Part shown: positions 1-9,509 of the stretch, piece after piece
Layout: each line of letters starts with the position of its first letter
Position numbering within the stretch: position 1 is the stretch's first letter
Assembly: GCA_963759775.1 (NCBI GenBank)
Contig: CAVXAH010000002.1
Span: forward strand, 1 to 36,867
Source of the DNA: an uncultured bacterium
Lineage (GTDB): Bacteria; Patescibacteriota; Minisyncoccia; Phycocordibacterales; Phycocordibacteraceae
Reading direction: 5' to 3'
DNA: 36,867 bases
Position numbers and translations under genes: made by a program
The notes under the pieces: generated by a model
What the model saw: the letters and a program-made list of their open reading frames with translations, nothing else
Told to the model about the DNA's origin: nothing
The model's database searches: none

Positions 1-918
1 CGACGCTAGCCATGGGTTTTCGCGAAGCGCCTTGATAGAAAGGGAAATCTTTCCTTCTTTGATTTCAATCACTTTCACTTTCACCGCGTTTCCAACCTTA
101 AAGAGCACGCGAGGGTCTTCAACAAGTCCCCAATCAAGCTCGCTGATGTGAACGAGCCCCTCAAGCCCCTGCTCAAGCTTCACGAAGACACCGAAGTCAA
201 CGACACCAGTAACCTCGCCGCCAACAACGTCGCCCACCTGGTACTTGTCAATGAGAGATGCCTTCTCTTCCTCTTCATTCCCTGTGCGTTCAGAGAAAAT
301 AAGTTTTCCTTCTTTTGCATCCGCGGTGATGATGCGTACCGAGAGTATGCGGCCGACCAGTTTCCCGAGTTCGCCAAGAATTTTATCTTTATCGCCATCA
401 GCAATACGCGGATAGTGTTCCTTTGAGAGCTGGGAAGCAGGGAGGAAGCCTGGAGTGCCTTGCCACGAAAGAATAAGTCCGCCCTTGTTTGCTTCTTCAA
501 CCGTGAGCTGGTATGCGGTCTGCGCAACAATAGCTTGCTCCGCTTCGCTCCAAATAGCTGCCTGGCGAGCTTCCTTGAGAGAAAGCTCTATATAGCCCTC
601 GCGACCCGCGGGGTCTACGACTTTCGCCGTGATCATGTCGCCCGGATTTGCTTTGCGCAAAATGTCCGCGGCGTTCAAATACTCGCGGCCGTAAATAAGA
701 CCAGTTCCAAAGGGTGGAAGATCAACGTAGAGTCGTCCACGAGAAAGCGCGATAACCGTACCTTCAACCAAGTCCCCGGCCTTAGGCGGAGTAGGGATGG
801 ACTCAAGAAGTGCGAACATTGGGTGCTTTGGGTCAAGCACAATAGAAGGCACCGGCACCGCGGCTTTCTTTTCTTCTGCAGACGCTACAGAGGAAGTTTT
901 TTCTCCAAATCCAAACAT
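1..918 (-). CDS. rpsA: 30S ribosomal protein S1-like (S1 RNA-binding domains), 3' end outside window
   Basis: Not in the ORF track because it is open at the edge. Manual translation from ATG 918: MFGFGEKTSS...GDLVEGTVIALSRGRLYVDL...GFLPASQL...YQVGDVVGGEVTGVVDFGVFVKLEQGLEGLVHISELDWGLVEDP, i.e. classic S1 repeats. Confidence 0.9.
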   Translation of the reverse strand, partial: MFGFGEKTSSVASAEEKKAAVPVPSIVLDPKHPMFALLESIPTPPKAGDLVEGTVIALSRGRLYVDLPPFGTGLIYGREYLNAADILRKANPGDMITAKVVDPAGREGYIELSLKEARQAAIWSEAEQAIVAQTAYQLTVEEANKGGLILSWQGTPGFLPASQLSKEHYPRIADGDKDKILGELGKLVGRILSVRIITADAKEGKLIFSERTGNEEEEKASLIDKYQVGDVVGGEVTGVVDFGVFVKLEQGLEGLVHISELDWGLVEDPRVLFKVGNAVKVKVIEIKEGKISLSIKALRENPWLAS

Positions 919-1048
919 AATGATATTAAGCAGTGCGGATTTTCGAGAAGGGTGCCCGTCACACTTCTGCAGTGTGGCGGGGGGTTAGTCCTTTTCTAGT
1001 TCTCCCACGCGTTACGGAGGGAATGTATCACAAAGCTATATAAAGTAA

Positions 1049-1077
1049 AACCCCATCACGTCTTAGGTGATGGGGTT
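1049..1077 (-). terminator. Intrinsic terminator
   Basis: 11-bp stem AACCCCATCAC/GTGATGGGGTT ending in a T-run on the minus strand. Confidence 0.7.
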
Positions 1078-1121
1078 GGTTATGGCGGTAGCCTTGTACC
1101 GCGTTGGTTGCTGGCGGCCGG

Positions 1122-1217
1122 CTAGCTTTCGCTGCCCAGCTCGCTGATGTGGCTGGCGCCGCTGAAGAGAGTCGTGGGGATCGTCTTGGTCTCAAGGTAC
1201 AGCCTGAATGCATTCAT
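1122..1217 (-). CDS. Putative 31-aa small protein MNAFRLYLETKTIPTTLFSGASHISELGSES (or an ncRNA locus)
   Basis: GGAG SD upstream of ATG 1217; TAG at 1122-1124; lies between a TTGACA promoter (1328-1333) and a terminator. Confidence 0.35.
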   Translation of the reverse strand: MNAFRLYLETKTIPTTLFSGASHISELGSES

Positions 1218-1305
1218 GACGGGGTTCTCCGTTTGTTGGCGTGGAAATGAGAACAACGACGCTCCGTCCGCAGAATTCAGAACGACTGCGGCGAGCGACT
1301 AATAC

Positions 1306-1333
1306 ATCTTAGCATACCCATCACGCATGTCAA
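1306..1333 (-). promoter_or_regulatory. sigma70-type promoter TTGACA-16-TAAGAT with extended -10 TG
   Basis: Minus strand reads TTGACAtgcgtgatgggtaTGcTAAGAT. Confidence 0.6.
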
Positions 1334-1414
1334 TAAGTGTGGGTTTACGGGTCATTTAAAAGGAAAATCCACTTTATTTTTGTCTTCATTTACGCTATAA
1401 TGTGGAGATAAATT

Positions 1415-2056
1415 ATGGTCATCACCCACCACGGCGGGCAGTGTTTCAAGGTGACGTTTGGTGACCTCACGCTCGTGTTTGATCCCATCGCAAAAGGTGC
1501 GACCCTACCCTCGGTTCGTTTTGGCGCTGACATAGCTCTCGTCTCAAGGAACCATCCGGATATGAACGGAGTTGAAGAAGTGACTTATGGCGACAAGGCG
1601 CCTTTCGCTATCACTGGCCCTGGCGAATACGAACGTGGTGGTGTCACGATTCAAGGATTTCTCACCAAGAGTCGGTATGGCCTCGGGAAAGGACAAACCG
1701 AAGCGGTGAACACGGTGTATGCAGTTGAGCTTGAGGACATGACACTCGTACACCTCGGTGCACTCTCCGACAAAGAGCTTCCGAAAGATGCCGGCGAAGG
1801 CATTGATGAAATAGATATTCTTTTTGTGCCGGTCGGCGGAAACGGAGTGCTCTCGGCGTCTGACGCGCACTCACTTGCGGTATCACTTGAACCCAAGATC
1901 ATTGTCCCGATGCATTGGAACGGCATGGGCGCACCCAAGTCGCTTGAGGCATTTCTTAAAGAAGAAGGTGGGGGAGCAGAGACCGTTGAGAAACTTACTA
2001 TAAAGAAGAAGGATGTTGCGACAAAAGACGGTGCTATTATAGTTATAAAGTCATGA
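1415..2056 (+). CDS. MBL-fold metallo-hydrolase (Lactamase_B_3-like)
   Basis: HGGQCFKV..LVFDP, ITGPGEYE, HLG, DILFVPVGG and PKIIVPMHW motifs. Confidence 0.85.
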   Translation: MVITHHGGQCFKVTFGDLTLVFDPIAKGATLPSVRFGADIALVSRNHPDMNGVEEVTYGDKAPFAITGPGEYERGGVTIQGFLTKSRYGLGKGQTEAVNTVYAVELEDMTLVHLGALSDKELPKDAGEGIDEIDILFVPVGGNGVLSASDAHSLAVSLEPKIIVPMHWNGMGAPKSLEAFLKEEGGGAETVEKLTIKKKDVATKDGAIIVIKS

Positions 2057-2412
2057 GAGCCCTCTTTACCCACATAGACCGAATCAAACAGAAGCCTCAC
2101 GATGTTCGTCGCCAAATTGCGCTCGCGCTCGCGTTTGGGCTTACCGCATTTGTTGCCGCCGTCTGGTTTGTAGCAGTCGTCTCAACCGGAACTTTTGCGA
2201 TTCAGGGCGCCTCTTTTGCCGACAGTACGAAAAGCGGTGCAGAGCTTGTCGCAAGCCCAGCCGCATCCGAGTCAAGCCTGCTTGGAGCCGCGTCCGCAGC
2301 ATTTGGTTATGACCAGGGACCCGCTCGCATTGAAATAGTAAGTTCCGAGACGTCCTCAACGATGTCGGACAAGAACGAACCGCAAGCAGAGCAGACCGTT
2401 ATTCCTTTTTAG
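2053..2412 (+). CDS. Hypothetical single-TM membrane protein
   Basis: ATGA overlap with the upstream gene; basic N-terminus followed by a hydrophobic helix; directly precedes gyrA. Confidence 0.7.
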   Translation: MRALFTHIDRIKQKPHDVRRQIALALAFGLTAFVAAVWFVAVVSTGTFAIQGASFADSTKSGAELVASPAASESSLLGAASAAFGYDQGPARIEIVSSETSSTMSDKNEPQAEQTVIPF

Positions 2413-2422
2413 TACTGAGACC

Positions 2423-4912
2423 ATGGCGCGCGGGAACGATGAGAAGAAGGGTGGTAAGTATTCGCCGGAAGACATCCGTCCGGTGGGCTCAAGCGTAATC
2501 TCGCAACCGATCGTGAGCGAGATGCGCACCTCGTATCTTGACTACGCGATGTCGGTCATCACCTCGCGCGCACTTCCGGACGTGCGCGACGGCCTGAAGC
2601 CGGTGCACCGCCGTATTCTTTTTGCGATGCGTGAGATGGGACTCACTCCTTCGGTAAAGTTCCGTAAGTCAGCGACGGTGGTCGGCGAAGTGCTCGGCAA
2701 ATACCACCCACACGGCGACACCGCAGTGTATGACTCAATGGCAAAAATGGCACAAGACTTTTCGTACCGCTACCCGCTCGTGCTCGGACAAGGAAACTTC
2801 GGCTCAATAGACGGCGACTCTCCGGCCGCCATGCGCTACACCGAAGCAAAGATGTCGCGCCTTTCCGACGAGCTTCTCAGAGACCTTGAAAAAGAAACGG
2901 TGGAGTGGAATCCTAACTACGACGCGACTCGCGAAGAGCCGAAGGTGCTTCCGGCAGCGCTTCCGAACCTACTTTTGAATGGCACGCTTGGTATTGCGGT
3001 CGGCATGGCGACCAACATCCCTCCACACAACCTGCGCGAAGTCGTGGATGCGACGGTGCATCTCATAGAGAACCCTGACGCATCTACCGAAGACCTGCTC
3101 GCCTATGTCAAAGGTCCTGATTTTCCACTTGGCGGCGTGGCGTTCAACCAAACCGACATCAAGCATGCGTACGCAAACGGCAAAGGCCCCGTGGTAGTGC
3201 GCGGCGAAGCGGAAATAGTGGACGACGGCAAGAAAGACTCCAAAATAATCATCACCTCAATCCCGTATCGCGTAAATAAATCAGAGCTCATTACGAAAAT
3301 CGCAGAGCTCGTCACGGAAAAGAAGATTGAGGGCATTCGCGACCTTCGCGACGAGTCAACGAATGACATCCGCATCGTGGTGGAACTCAAGGGCACGGCG
3401 CATCCGCAAGCAGTACTCAACAATTTGTATAAATACACTGAGCTTGAGGCCGCATTCCACTACAACATGCTCGCGCTTGTGGATGGAGTTCCGCAGACGC
3501 TCTCACTAAAGAGCATGCTGGAAGAATTTATCGACCACCGACAGACGGTGGTGAAGCGTCGCACGGAGTATGATCTCAAGAAAGCGGAAGAACGCGAGCA
3601 TATTTTGCTCGGTCTCTCAAAAGCACTTGATCATATTGATGAGGTGATTGCGGTTATTAAGAAGTCCGCAGATGTGGAGAGCGCGAGCGCGGCACTCCAG
3701 AAAAAGTTTGGTTTCTCGGCACTCCAGGCCGCCGCCATTCTTGAAATGCGTCTCTCAAAGCTCGCGGGTCTTGAGCGCAAGAAGATAGAAGACGAGCTTA
3801 CTGAAGTGCAGGCACTCATCAAAAAGCTCAAGGAAATTCTTTCTTCAGCGAAGAAGATTCTTGCCGTGGTGAAAGCGGAGTTGGTGGAAGTGGGAACAAA
3901 ATACGGAGACGACCGTCGCACCAAGATAGTGAAGGGTGGGGTCAAAAACATGTCTATGGAAGACCTCGTACCGGACGAAGAGTCAGTGCTTGTCCTCACT
4001 GCGGGCGGCTACGTGAAGCGGACAAACCCAAGCGAGTACAAGGTGCAAAAGCGCGGTGGCGTTGGCGTCGTTGATATCGCAACCAAAGAAGAAGATGTGG
4101 TGACGCACTTCCTCGTTACCTCCGCCCACAGCGACCTCCTTTTCTTTACGGACTACGGCAAGTCGTACCAACTCAAAATGTATGAGATTCCGGAAGGGAA
4201 ACGCGCAACCAAAGGAAAGAGCATTATGAATTTCCTACCTCTTGCTGCTGACGAGAAGGTTACCTCTATCCTCCCCGTGCAAAAGGGTGCGGCGTGGGCT
4301 GCGCTTTCCATAGCGTTTGTGACCGAGCAGGGTGTGGTGAAGAAGGTCGCCGCGAAGTCGTTCTCTGATGTGCGGCGTTCGGGCATCATTGCTATCAGCC
4401 TCAAGGGCGCGGACAAACTCGTTTCCGCAAATCTCGCCGGAGAAGGCGACAGTATTTCAATAGTGACGAAGAAAGGTCAGTCAATTCGTTTTGACGAAGG
4501 CGACGTGCGACAGATGGGACGCACCGCGGGCGGCGTGCGCGGTATGAGTCTTAAGAAAGGCGACGAGGTTGTTTCGGCGGAAGTAATTCCCGCAGACGCG
4601 AAAGATGCCTCGCTTCTCGTCATCATGAGCAAAGGCTACGGCAAGCATACGACGATGGACGAATACAAAATACAGGGTCGCGGCGGCTCGGGTATTAAGA
4701 CTTCGGAAGTAACGCCAAAAACAGGCGAGATCATCGGTGCAAAAGTCGTGGTGGGGAACCTCGAGGAGCAAGAGATTGTGGTCATTTCTAAGAAAGGGCA
4801 AGTGATACGCACGGTAGTATCCGGCATCCCATCGCTCTCGCGCGCGACACAGGGTGTGCGGGTGATGAAGTTGTACGAGGGCGACTCCATCGCCTCAATG
4901 GTTGCTCTTTAA
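2423..4912 (+). CDS. gyrA: DNA gyrase subunit A
   Basis: [29 protein letters not shown] catalytic Tyr, GyrA-box QKRGGVG, C-terminal pinwheel repeats. Confidence 0.98.
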   Translation: MARGNDEKKGGKYSPEDIRPVGSSVISQPIVSEMRTSYLDYAMSVITSRALPDVRDGLKPVHRRILFAMREMGLTPSVKFRKSATVVGEVLGKYHPHGDTAVYDSMAKMAQDFSYRYPLVLGQGNFGSIDGDSPAAMRYTEAKMSRLSDELLRDLEKETVEWNPNYDATREEPKVLPAALPNLLLNGTLGIAVGMATNIPPHNLREVVDATVHLIENPDASTEDLLAYVKGPDFPLGGVAFNQTDIKHAYANGKGPVVVRGEAEIVDDGKKDSKIIITSIPYRVNKSELITKIAELVTEKKIEGIRDLRDESTNDIRIVVELKGTAHPQAVLNNLYKYTELEAAFHYNMLALVDGVPQTLSLKSMLEEFIDHRQTVVKRRTEYDLKKAEEREHILLGLSKALDHIDEVIAVIKKSADVESASAALQKKFGFSALQAAAILEMRLSKLAGLERKKIEDELTEVQALIKKLKEILSSAKKILAVVKAELVEVGTKYGDDRRTKIVKGGVKNMSMEDLVPDEESVLVLTAGGYVKRTNPSEYKVQKRGGVGVVDIATKEEDVVTHFLVTSAHSDLLFFTDYGKSYQLKMYEIPEGKRATKGKSIMNFLPLAADEKVTSILPVQKGAAWAALSIAFVTEQGVVKKVAAKSFSDVRRSGIIAISLKGADKLVSANLAGEGDSISIVTKKGQSIRFDEGDVRQMGRTAGGVRGMSLKKGDEVVSAEVIPADAKDASLLVIMSKGYGKHTTMDEYKIQGRGGSGIKTSEVTPKTGEIIGAKVVVGNLEEQEIVVISKKGQVIRTVVSGIPSLSRATQGVRVMKLYEGDSIASMVAL

Positions 4913-5035
4913 GAACGCGATAAAAGTTCCGTCTGCTTTGTTGCGGGTCCCGCCGATTTCTTCCGTCGTACCTCATGTACGCCTACAGAAATCGACTTCC
5001 CGCGCCTCGCATCCGGAGCCTTTTCTCCGCGTTCT
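4912..5035. repeat. MITE-like palindromic element, family A copy 1
   Basis: Ends AGAACGCG/CGCGTTCT are inverted repeats; the 73-nt core (4939-5011) aligns ungapped to 32467-32539 (60/73 identical by eye); central CGTAC-N4-GTACG. Confidence 0.75.
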
Positions 5036-5056
5036 ATAAGACTCATTCGAGCGCGG

Positions 5057-5248
5057 CGTGCTCCAAAACGGAAACTCGCGTGAGGCGAGGTGAAAATCAA
5101 CGAGCCGAGTAGGAAAACCGTGCTGTTTGAGCGAAGCCTGACCACACTTCTGAGTGTGACAGGCGAAGCGAGTTCACGATTTTCCGTTAAACGAGGCGAC
5201 TATGATTTTCCCTTGCCGGAAGCGGGGCTGGTTCCGTTTTGGAGTACG
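5057..5248. repeat. Long nested inverted-repeat element (MITE-like or structured RNA)
   Basis: CGTGCTCCAAAACGGAA (5057-5073) vs TTCCGTTTTGGAGTACG (5232-5248); nested GAAAATC/GATTTTC, GGAAAACCGTG/CACGATTTTCC and GCCTG-CACAC/GTGTG-CAGGC pairs. Confidence 0.65.
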
Positions 5249-5292
5249 GCGAGCGAGAAGTGTTGTACCCCAGAGCATGGTATTTTATAAAG

Positions 5293-5841
5293 ATGAGTCA
5301 GCACTTTAGCGACCCGCGCGAGGCCGTCCTCCAGCTTGCTCTTAAAGACGGAATGCGCGTCGCAGATTTGGGGAGCGGCACAGGGCATTATGCAAACACA
5401 GCCGCGAGTGTGGTGGGGAAAAGCGGGAAGGTGTACGCCGTTGATGTCCTCGAAGATGTGCTCACGCACGCAAAAGGCGAGCACGGGCACCTTCACCACC
5501 ATCACCGGCAGGGCATAGTGGAGTCCGTGTGGGGAGATATTGAAAAACATGCCGGCACGAAAATCCGCGAACACTCGGTTGACGCGGTAATCCTCGCAAA
5601 TACTCTTTTTCAAATACAAAACCGCGATGGTCTTCTCGGAGAAATAAAGCGCATCATCAAACCCGGCGGTAAACTCCTTGTCGTTGATTGGGCAGGGGCA
5701 TACGGCGGCTTAGGACCCTCTCCGCTTCAAGTGGTTTCCGAGCACGAGGCGGAAGCACTCTTTATTGGTGCTGGTTTTCATAAAACAAAGACCTTCAGGT
5801 CAGGACCGCACCACTACGGTATAATTCTCACTGCGCCATGA
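5293..5841 (+). CDS. Class I SAM-dependent methyltransferase
   Basis: VADLGSGTG motif I, VYAVD, IIKPGGKLLVVDW; ATG 5293 preferred over TTG 5239, which lies inside the repeat. Confidence 0.9.
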   Translation: MSQHFSDPREAVLQLALKDGMRVADLGSGTGHYANTAASVVGKSGKVYAVDVLEDVLTHAKGEHGHLHHHHRQGIVESVWGDIEKHAGTKIREHSVDAVILANTLFQIQNRDGLLGEIKRIIKPGGKLLVVDWAGAYGGLGPSPLQVVSEHEAEALFIGAGFHKTKTFRSGPHHYGIILTAP

Positions 5842-7148
5842 ACGGTATCCCTCTATTTAAAATAATTCTGGTCGGTTTTTTTGTGATTGGCGGCTTGGTT
5901 GGTCTTTTCGTATTTTCTACTTACAAAGGAGATGGCGGAGACACGGCGGGAGTTGGGAATGTGTTGGTGTGGGGAGTTCTTCCGCAGGAGGACGTGCAGG
6001 ACGCGCTCAACTCAATAAGTGTTTTCAATAGGAGCATACAAGGCGTCTTGTACACCAGACACGACGTGGACCGATTTGAAAATGACCTTTCAACGGCGAT
6101 TGCAACCGGGAACAGCCCCGATCTCGTTCTCATTTCTCAAGAACAACTACTCTCGCTCCGAAATCTTCTTCAGGTTATTCCACCCGCAGCGCTCTCCACG
6201 CGCACGTTTCAAAGTACGTTCGTAGACGAAGGTCAGCTCTTTCAGGCACCGAACGGTATGTATGGCGTGCCCTTCCTCGTTGATCCGCTGGTGCTTTACT
6301 ACAACAAATCAATTCTCTCTTCCGCGGGTATTGCAACCCCACCCTCAAGTTGGGAAGCGATGACGGGACTTGTGCCCAAGGTCACCGTTCTCTCGTCTGC
6401 GGGGAAAATCACACGCTCGCTCATCGCACTTGGGAGCTACGACAACGTGACGAGTGCACGAGGCATCCTTTCGGCACTTTTCCTCCAAACAAGAGTGCCG
6501 CTCTCAACACTTTCAAACACGGGTGTGCTCGGCGCATCGCTTGGAAGTGAGACAGCAACAGGAAGCGGAACGCCGCCCGGAGAATCAGTAGTGCGCTTCT
6601 ACACGCAATTCGCAGACTCAACAAAACTTTCCTACACCTGGAATGCGTCGCTTCCAAGCTCCGAGCACGCATTCCAGGTGGGCGATCTTGCGCTCTATCT
6701 TGGATACGCGTCTCGCGCACGATTCCTCAAAGAGGCAAACCCGAACCTCAACTTTGATGTCGCGCCGCTTCCGCAGGCGAAGAATGCAACCACCAAGACA
6801 ACCTACGGCCTTACGTATGCGTTTGCGCTTCCGCGCGGCGCTAAAAACCCGGGAGGTGGTCTTCAGGCGGCGCTTCTCCTTACGGGTTCGGCTGAGCAGC
6901 AAACCGCAGTTCGCGCCACCGGCCTTGCTCCCACGACGCGCGCGGTCATAAGCCAAGGTACAGACGACCCCGTCCTCTCAGTTGCCTACACATCTGCGCT
7001 CTACGCAAAGGGATGGCTGTCCCCAGCACCAGCCCGCACAAATCAGGTTTTTGGAGCTATGATTACGAACGTGACGAGCGGACGTCTTACGATTCAAGAA
7101 GCGCTTGGGGCGGCTGAAGGCTCGCTCAACGCACTCCTTCAACAATGA
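5838..7148 (+). CDS. Extracellular solute-binding protein (ABC sugar-binding family), N-terminally anchored
   Basis: N-terminal TM helix, PDLV, YGVPFLVDPLVLYYNK, PPSSWE, FDVAPLPQ. Confidence 0.85.
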   Translation: MNGIPLFKIILVGFFVIGGLVGLFVFSTYKGDGGDTAGVGNVLVWGVLPQEDVQDALNSISVFNRSIQGVLYTRHDVDRFENDLSTAIATGNSPDLVLISQEQLLSLRNLLQVIPPAALSTRTFQSTFVDEGQLFQAPNGMYGVPFLVDPLVLYYNKSILSSAGIATPPSSWEAMTGLVPKVTVLSSAGKITRSLIALGSYDNVTSARGILSALFLQTRVPLSTLSNTGVLGASLGSETATGSGTPPGESVVRFYTQFADSTKLSYTWNASLPSSEHAFQVGDLALYLGYASRARFLKEANPNLNFDVAPLPQAKNATTKTTYGLTYAFALPRGAKNPGGGLQAALLLTGSAEQQTAVRATGLAPTTRAVISQGTDDPVLSVAYTSALYAKGWLSPAPARTNQVFGAMITNVTSGRLTIQEALGAAEGSLNALLQQ

Positions 7149-7567
7149 AAACACCTCTAGCAAAATTGGTTTTTTGTGCACTATGTGTTCTTTCATTTGC
7201 TCCAATTGCTTTTGCTGTTGATCTTGGTCCCGCACCAGGGAACAGCCAAGGGGTTGATAATGGCCCGGCTCCGTCCTCAAGCGGCAACGGTGGTGCACTC
7301 CAAAATCCACTCGGCCCGGGAGTCGGACTCGAGGACCTGATTATCAAAGTTTTGCAATTCGTTGCGCAAATAGGAGCAATCGTAGTTGTCTTTATGTTGG
7401 TATATGTCGGTTTTCTGTTTGTAGTTGCGCGTGGCGAGCCGGGTAAGATCGCCGAGGCGCGACAGGCACTTATGTGGACGGTTATTGGCGCTCTTGTACT
7501 TTTGGGAGCCGTCGCAATCGCGGAAGGCATCAAAGCAACAGTGCAGGCACTTTCGGCAGGGAACTAA
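7145..7567 (+). CDS. TrbC/VirB2-like pilin
   Basis: Signal peptide, LQNPLG, two TM helices linked by ARGEPGKIAEARQALMWTVIG. Confidence 0.8.
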   Translation: MKTPLAKLVFCALCVLSFAPIAFAVDLGPAPGNSQGVDNGPAPSSSGNGGALQNPLGPGVGLEDLIIKVLQFVAQIGAIVVVFMLVYVGFLFVVARGEPGKIAEARQALMWTVIGALVLLGAVAIAEGIKATVQALSAGN

Positions 7568-7573
7568 ACACAC

Positions 7574-7825
7574 ATGACATTCAAAAGTTTTGTAGACGGC
7601 CTTATCAATCTCGGGAACGTGGTTGTCATACCAGTCATCTTTACACTCGCATTTCTGGTGTTCATTTGGGGCCTATATAAATACTTCATTTGGGGTGCGG
7701 AAAACGACGAGGAGCGTGCGAAGGGCAGGCGGTTTCTTCTCTGGGGACTCCTTGGCATGGCACTTCTGCTTTCTGTGTGGGGCGTATTGAACTTACTGTT
7801 ATCCACGCTTGGGTTTTCCCCATAG
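7574..7825 (+). CDS. TrbC/VirB2-like pilin (short)
   Basis: AFLVFIWG..GAENDEERAKGRRFLLWGLLG..SVWG shared family motif. Confidence 0.8.
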   Translation: MTFKSFVDGLINLGNVVVIPVIFTLAFLVFIWGLYKYFIWGAENDEERAKGRRFLLWGLLGMALLLSVWGVLNLLLSTLGFSP

Positions 7826-7851
7826 CCCTCGGAAGTGTCATACTTATCTTC

Positions 7852-8304
7852 ATGAAATCCTTTCAACGTGCCGCCTCGCTCCTGGTGCTGTCTGTCGCTC
7901 TCGCTCTTCCTTCCTATGCCGCCGCGGCTGTTACCGTGAGCGGGTGCGCGTACATTGGCGGTCTTTGTGGTTGCTACGACGGCAATGGAGACTGGCGTAT
8001 AAGCACCAACCCAGCGGCGTGTAGCCAGATCGGGGGCTTTGCAGGGAACATCATTTACGTCATTAACAACATTCTGGTCCCACTCCTTTTCGCCGTCGCC
8101 TTCATTGTCTTCCTTTGGGGTATTTTCAAGGCCTATATTTATAACGCAGGCGACGAGGCGGGGCGCGAGCAGGGTCATAAGCTTGTTTTGTGGGGCCTCA
8201 TCGGGTTTGCCGTCATGCTCTCCCTGTGGGGACTGGTAAACGTGGTTGCCAATACGTTTGGTCTCAGTGGCTACTCCGCTCCGCGAACACCAACATCGTA
8301 CTAA
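7852..8304 (+). CDS. TrbC/VirB2-like pilin with a 4-Cys insert
   Basis: ATG 7852 gives a signal peptide (MKSFQRAAS..YAAA), Cys loop, then the AFIVFLWG...LWGLIGF core. Confidence 0.8.
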   Translation: MKSFQRAASLLVLSVALALPSYAAAAVTVSGCAYIGGLCGCYDGNGDWRISTNPAACSQIGGFAGNIIYVINNILVPLLFAVAFIVFLWGIFKAYIYNAGDEAGREQGHKLVLWGLIGFAVMLSLWGLVNVVANTFGLSGYSAPRTPTSY

Positions 8305-8309
8305 GTGTT

Positions 8310-8948
8310 ATGAAGATTTACCGCGCCTCTGCTCTCGTCCTAGTATCTGCACTTTTTTTCGCTGCTCCTTTTACAGCAGGAGCACAAGTCAATTGCGAAG
8401 TTGAAGGATGCGTATGGAGTTCATCCCTAAGCGTTTGCACCTGTACCACACCCGCGTGTGCGGAGAAGGGCTGTTATCCGCAAGATTCGTGCAGTTCTGG
8501 TGCGTGTACGAACGAAGCAAATTGCGATGTTAACGAAAGATGTGACAATCCGGCTGGTCAGTCATGTAGCGGAGATTGTGTTCCTCGCGGGAGCGGCGGA
8601 AGTGGATTTAACAGCGGAGGAGGAGGGGGTATCAATACCCAGCTTCTCGAGCGGGACTATGTGGCTAAATTTATTAATTTTGTAAACGGTGCTCTTGTTC
8701 CAGCACTCATTGCAATCGCTTTCATCGTCTTCCTGTGGGGAGTATTTAAATATCTCATCTGGGGTGCGGATGACGAAGCGGATCGTTCAACAGGCCGGAA
8801 ATTCATTCTTTGGAGTGTTATAGGTTTTGCGGCCATTTTCTCGGTGTGGGGTATGGTAAATGTTGTCACAAGTCTTTTTGGCTTCAAAGCCGGACAAGGC
8901 GCGTCTAATTACGGCATTCACCCTCCGACTTTTCCGGAGAATCAGTAA
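8310..8948 (+). CDS. TrbC/VirB2-like pilin with a 12-Cys extracellular insert
   Basis: ATG 8310, signal peptide ending AGA-Q, 12 Cys, Gly-rich linker, then the AFIVFLWG pilin core. Confidence 0.8.
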   Translation: MKIYRASALVLVSALFFAAPFTAGAQVNCEVEGCVWSSSLSVCTCTTPACAEKGCYPQDSCSSGACTNEANCDVNERCDNPAGQSCSGDCVPRGSGGSGFNSGGGGGINTQLLERDYVAKFINFVNGALVPALIAIAFIVFLWGVFKYLIWGADDEADRSTGRKFILWSVIGFAAIFSVWGMVNVVTSLFGFKAGQGASNYGIHPPTFPENQ

Positions 8949-8954
8949 GACTCA

Positions 8955-9009
8955 TTATCCACACACCCCCCGAAGCGTATTGACCAGCTTCAAGATAAAG
9001 CGCTACAAT
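8955..9009 (+). promoter_or_regulatory. Perfect DnaA box (TTATCCACA 8955-8963) upstream of promoter TTGACC-18-TACAAT
   Basis: Motifs read directly upstream of the 9036 pilin. Confidence 0.5.
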
Positions 9010-9035
9010 ATACCTGTTATTCGCTTACTCACACT

Positions 9036-9404
9036 ATGAAAAAAGCCCTTATTAATGGTTTTGGCCTTACCGCCGCATTTGCATTGCCACTGTTTGCTTT
9101 CGCTCAGACTGTGAGAGACATTTCTTCTGCCGGCCAGCTTGTTATTGACATCATCAATAACGTCCTTGTCCCAGTACTCTTTGCGGTCGCCTTTATCGTC
9201 TTCCTCTGGGGTGCCTTCAAGACTTTCATCTTGGGTGCCAACAGTGAAGAAGTTAAGGAGCAGGGTAAGAACCTCATGCTTTGGGGCCTCATAGGCTTTT
9301 TCGTCATGGTGTCTGTCTGGGGTCTCGTGAACATCCTCACCGGCTCAGTGACCTTCGGAAACAACCAAGGTCCAAACCTCCCAGGCGCAGGCAAGATCAA
9401 ATAG
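9036..9404 (+). CDS. TrbC/VirB2-like pilin, probable major subunit
   Basis: Signal peptide ending AFA-Q, pilin core, own promoter and strong terminator. Confidence 0.85.
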   Translation: MKKALINGFGLTAAFALPLFAFAQTVRDISSAGQLVIDIINNVLVPVLFAVAFIVFLWGAFKTFILGANSEEVKEQGKNLMLWGLIGFFVMVSVWGLVNILTGSVTFGNNQGPNLPGAGKIK

Positions 9405-9423
9405 TTTAGGCTCGTGGAGAGCA

Positions 9424-9456
9424 GAAAACCCCGGTCGCCCTGCGACCGGGGTTTTC
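9424..9456 (+). terminator. Intrinsic terminator
   Basis: GAAAACCCCGGTCGC-CCT-GCGACCGGGGTTTTC. Confidence 0.85.
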
Positions 9457-9509
9457 CCATTTTGTACCCTTGGAACTATTCGCCATAGGCTATATGCTAA
9501 GTGGTATAC

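Noticed and set aside
959-978. CACACTTCTG(C)AGTGTG hairpin resembling 5142-5159 and 13859-13876
   Set aside because: Short, self-complementary and in unrelated contexts; chance similarity cannot be excluded.
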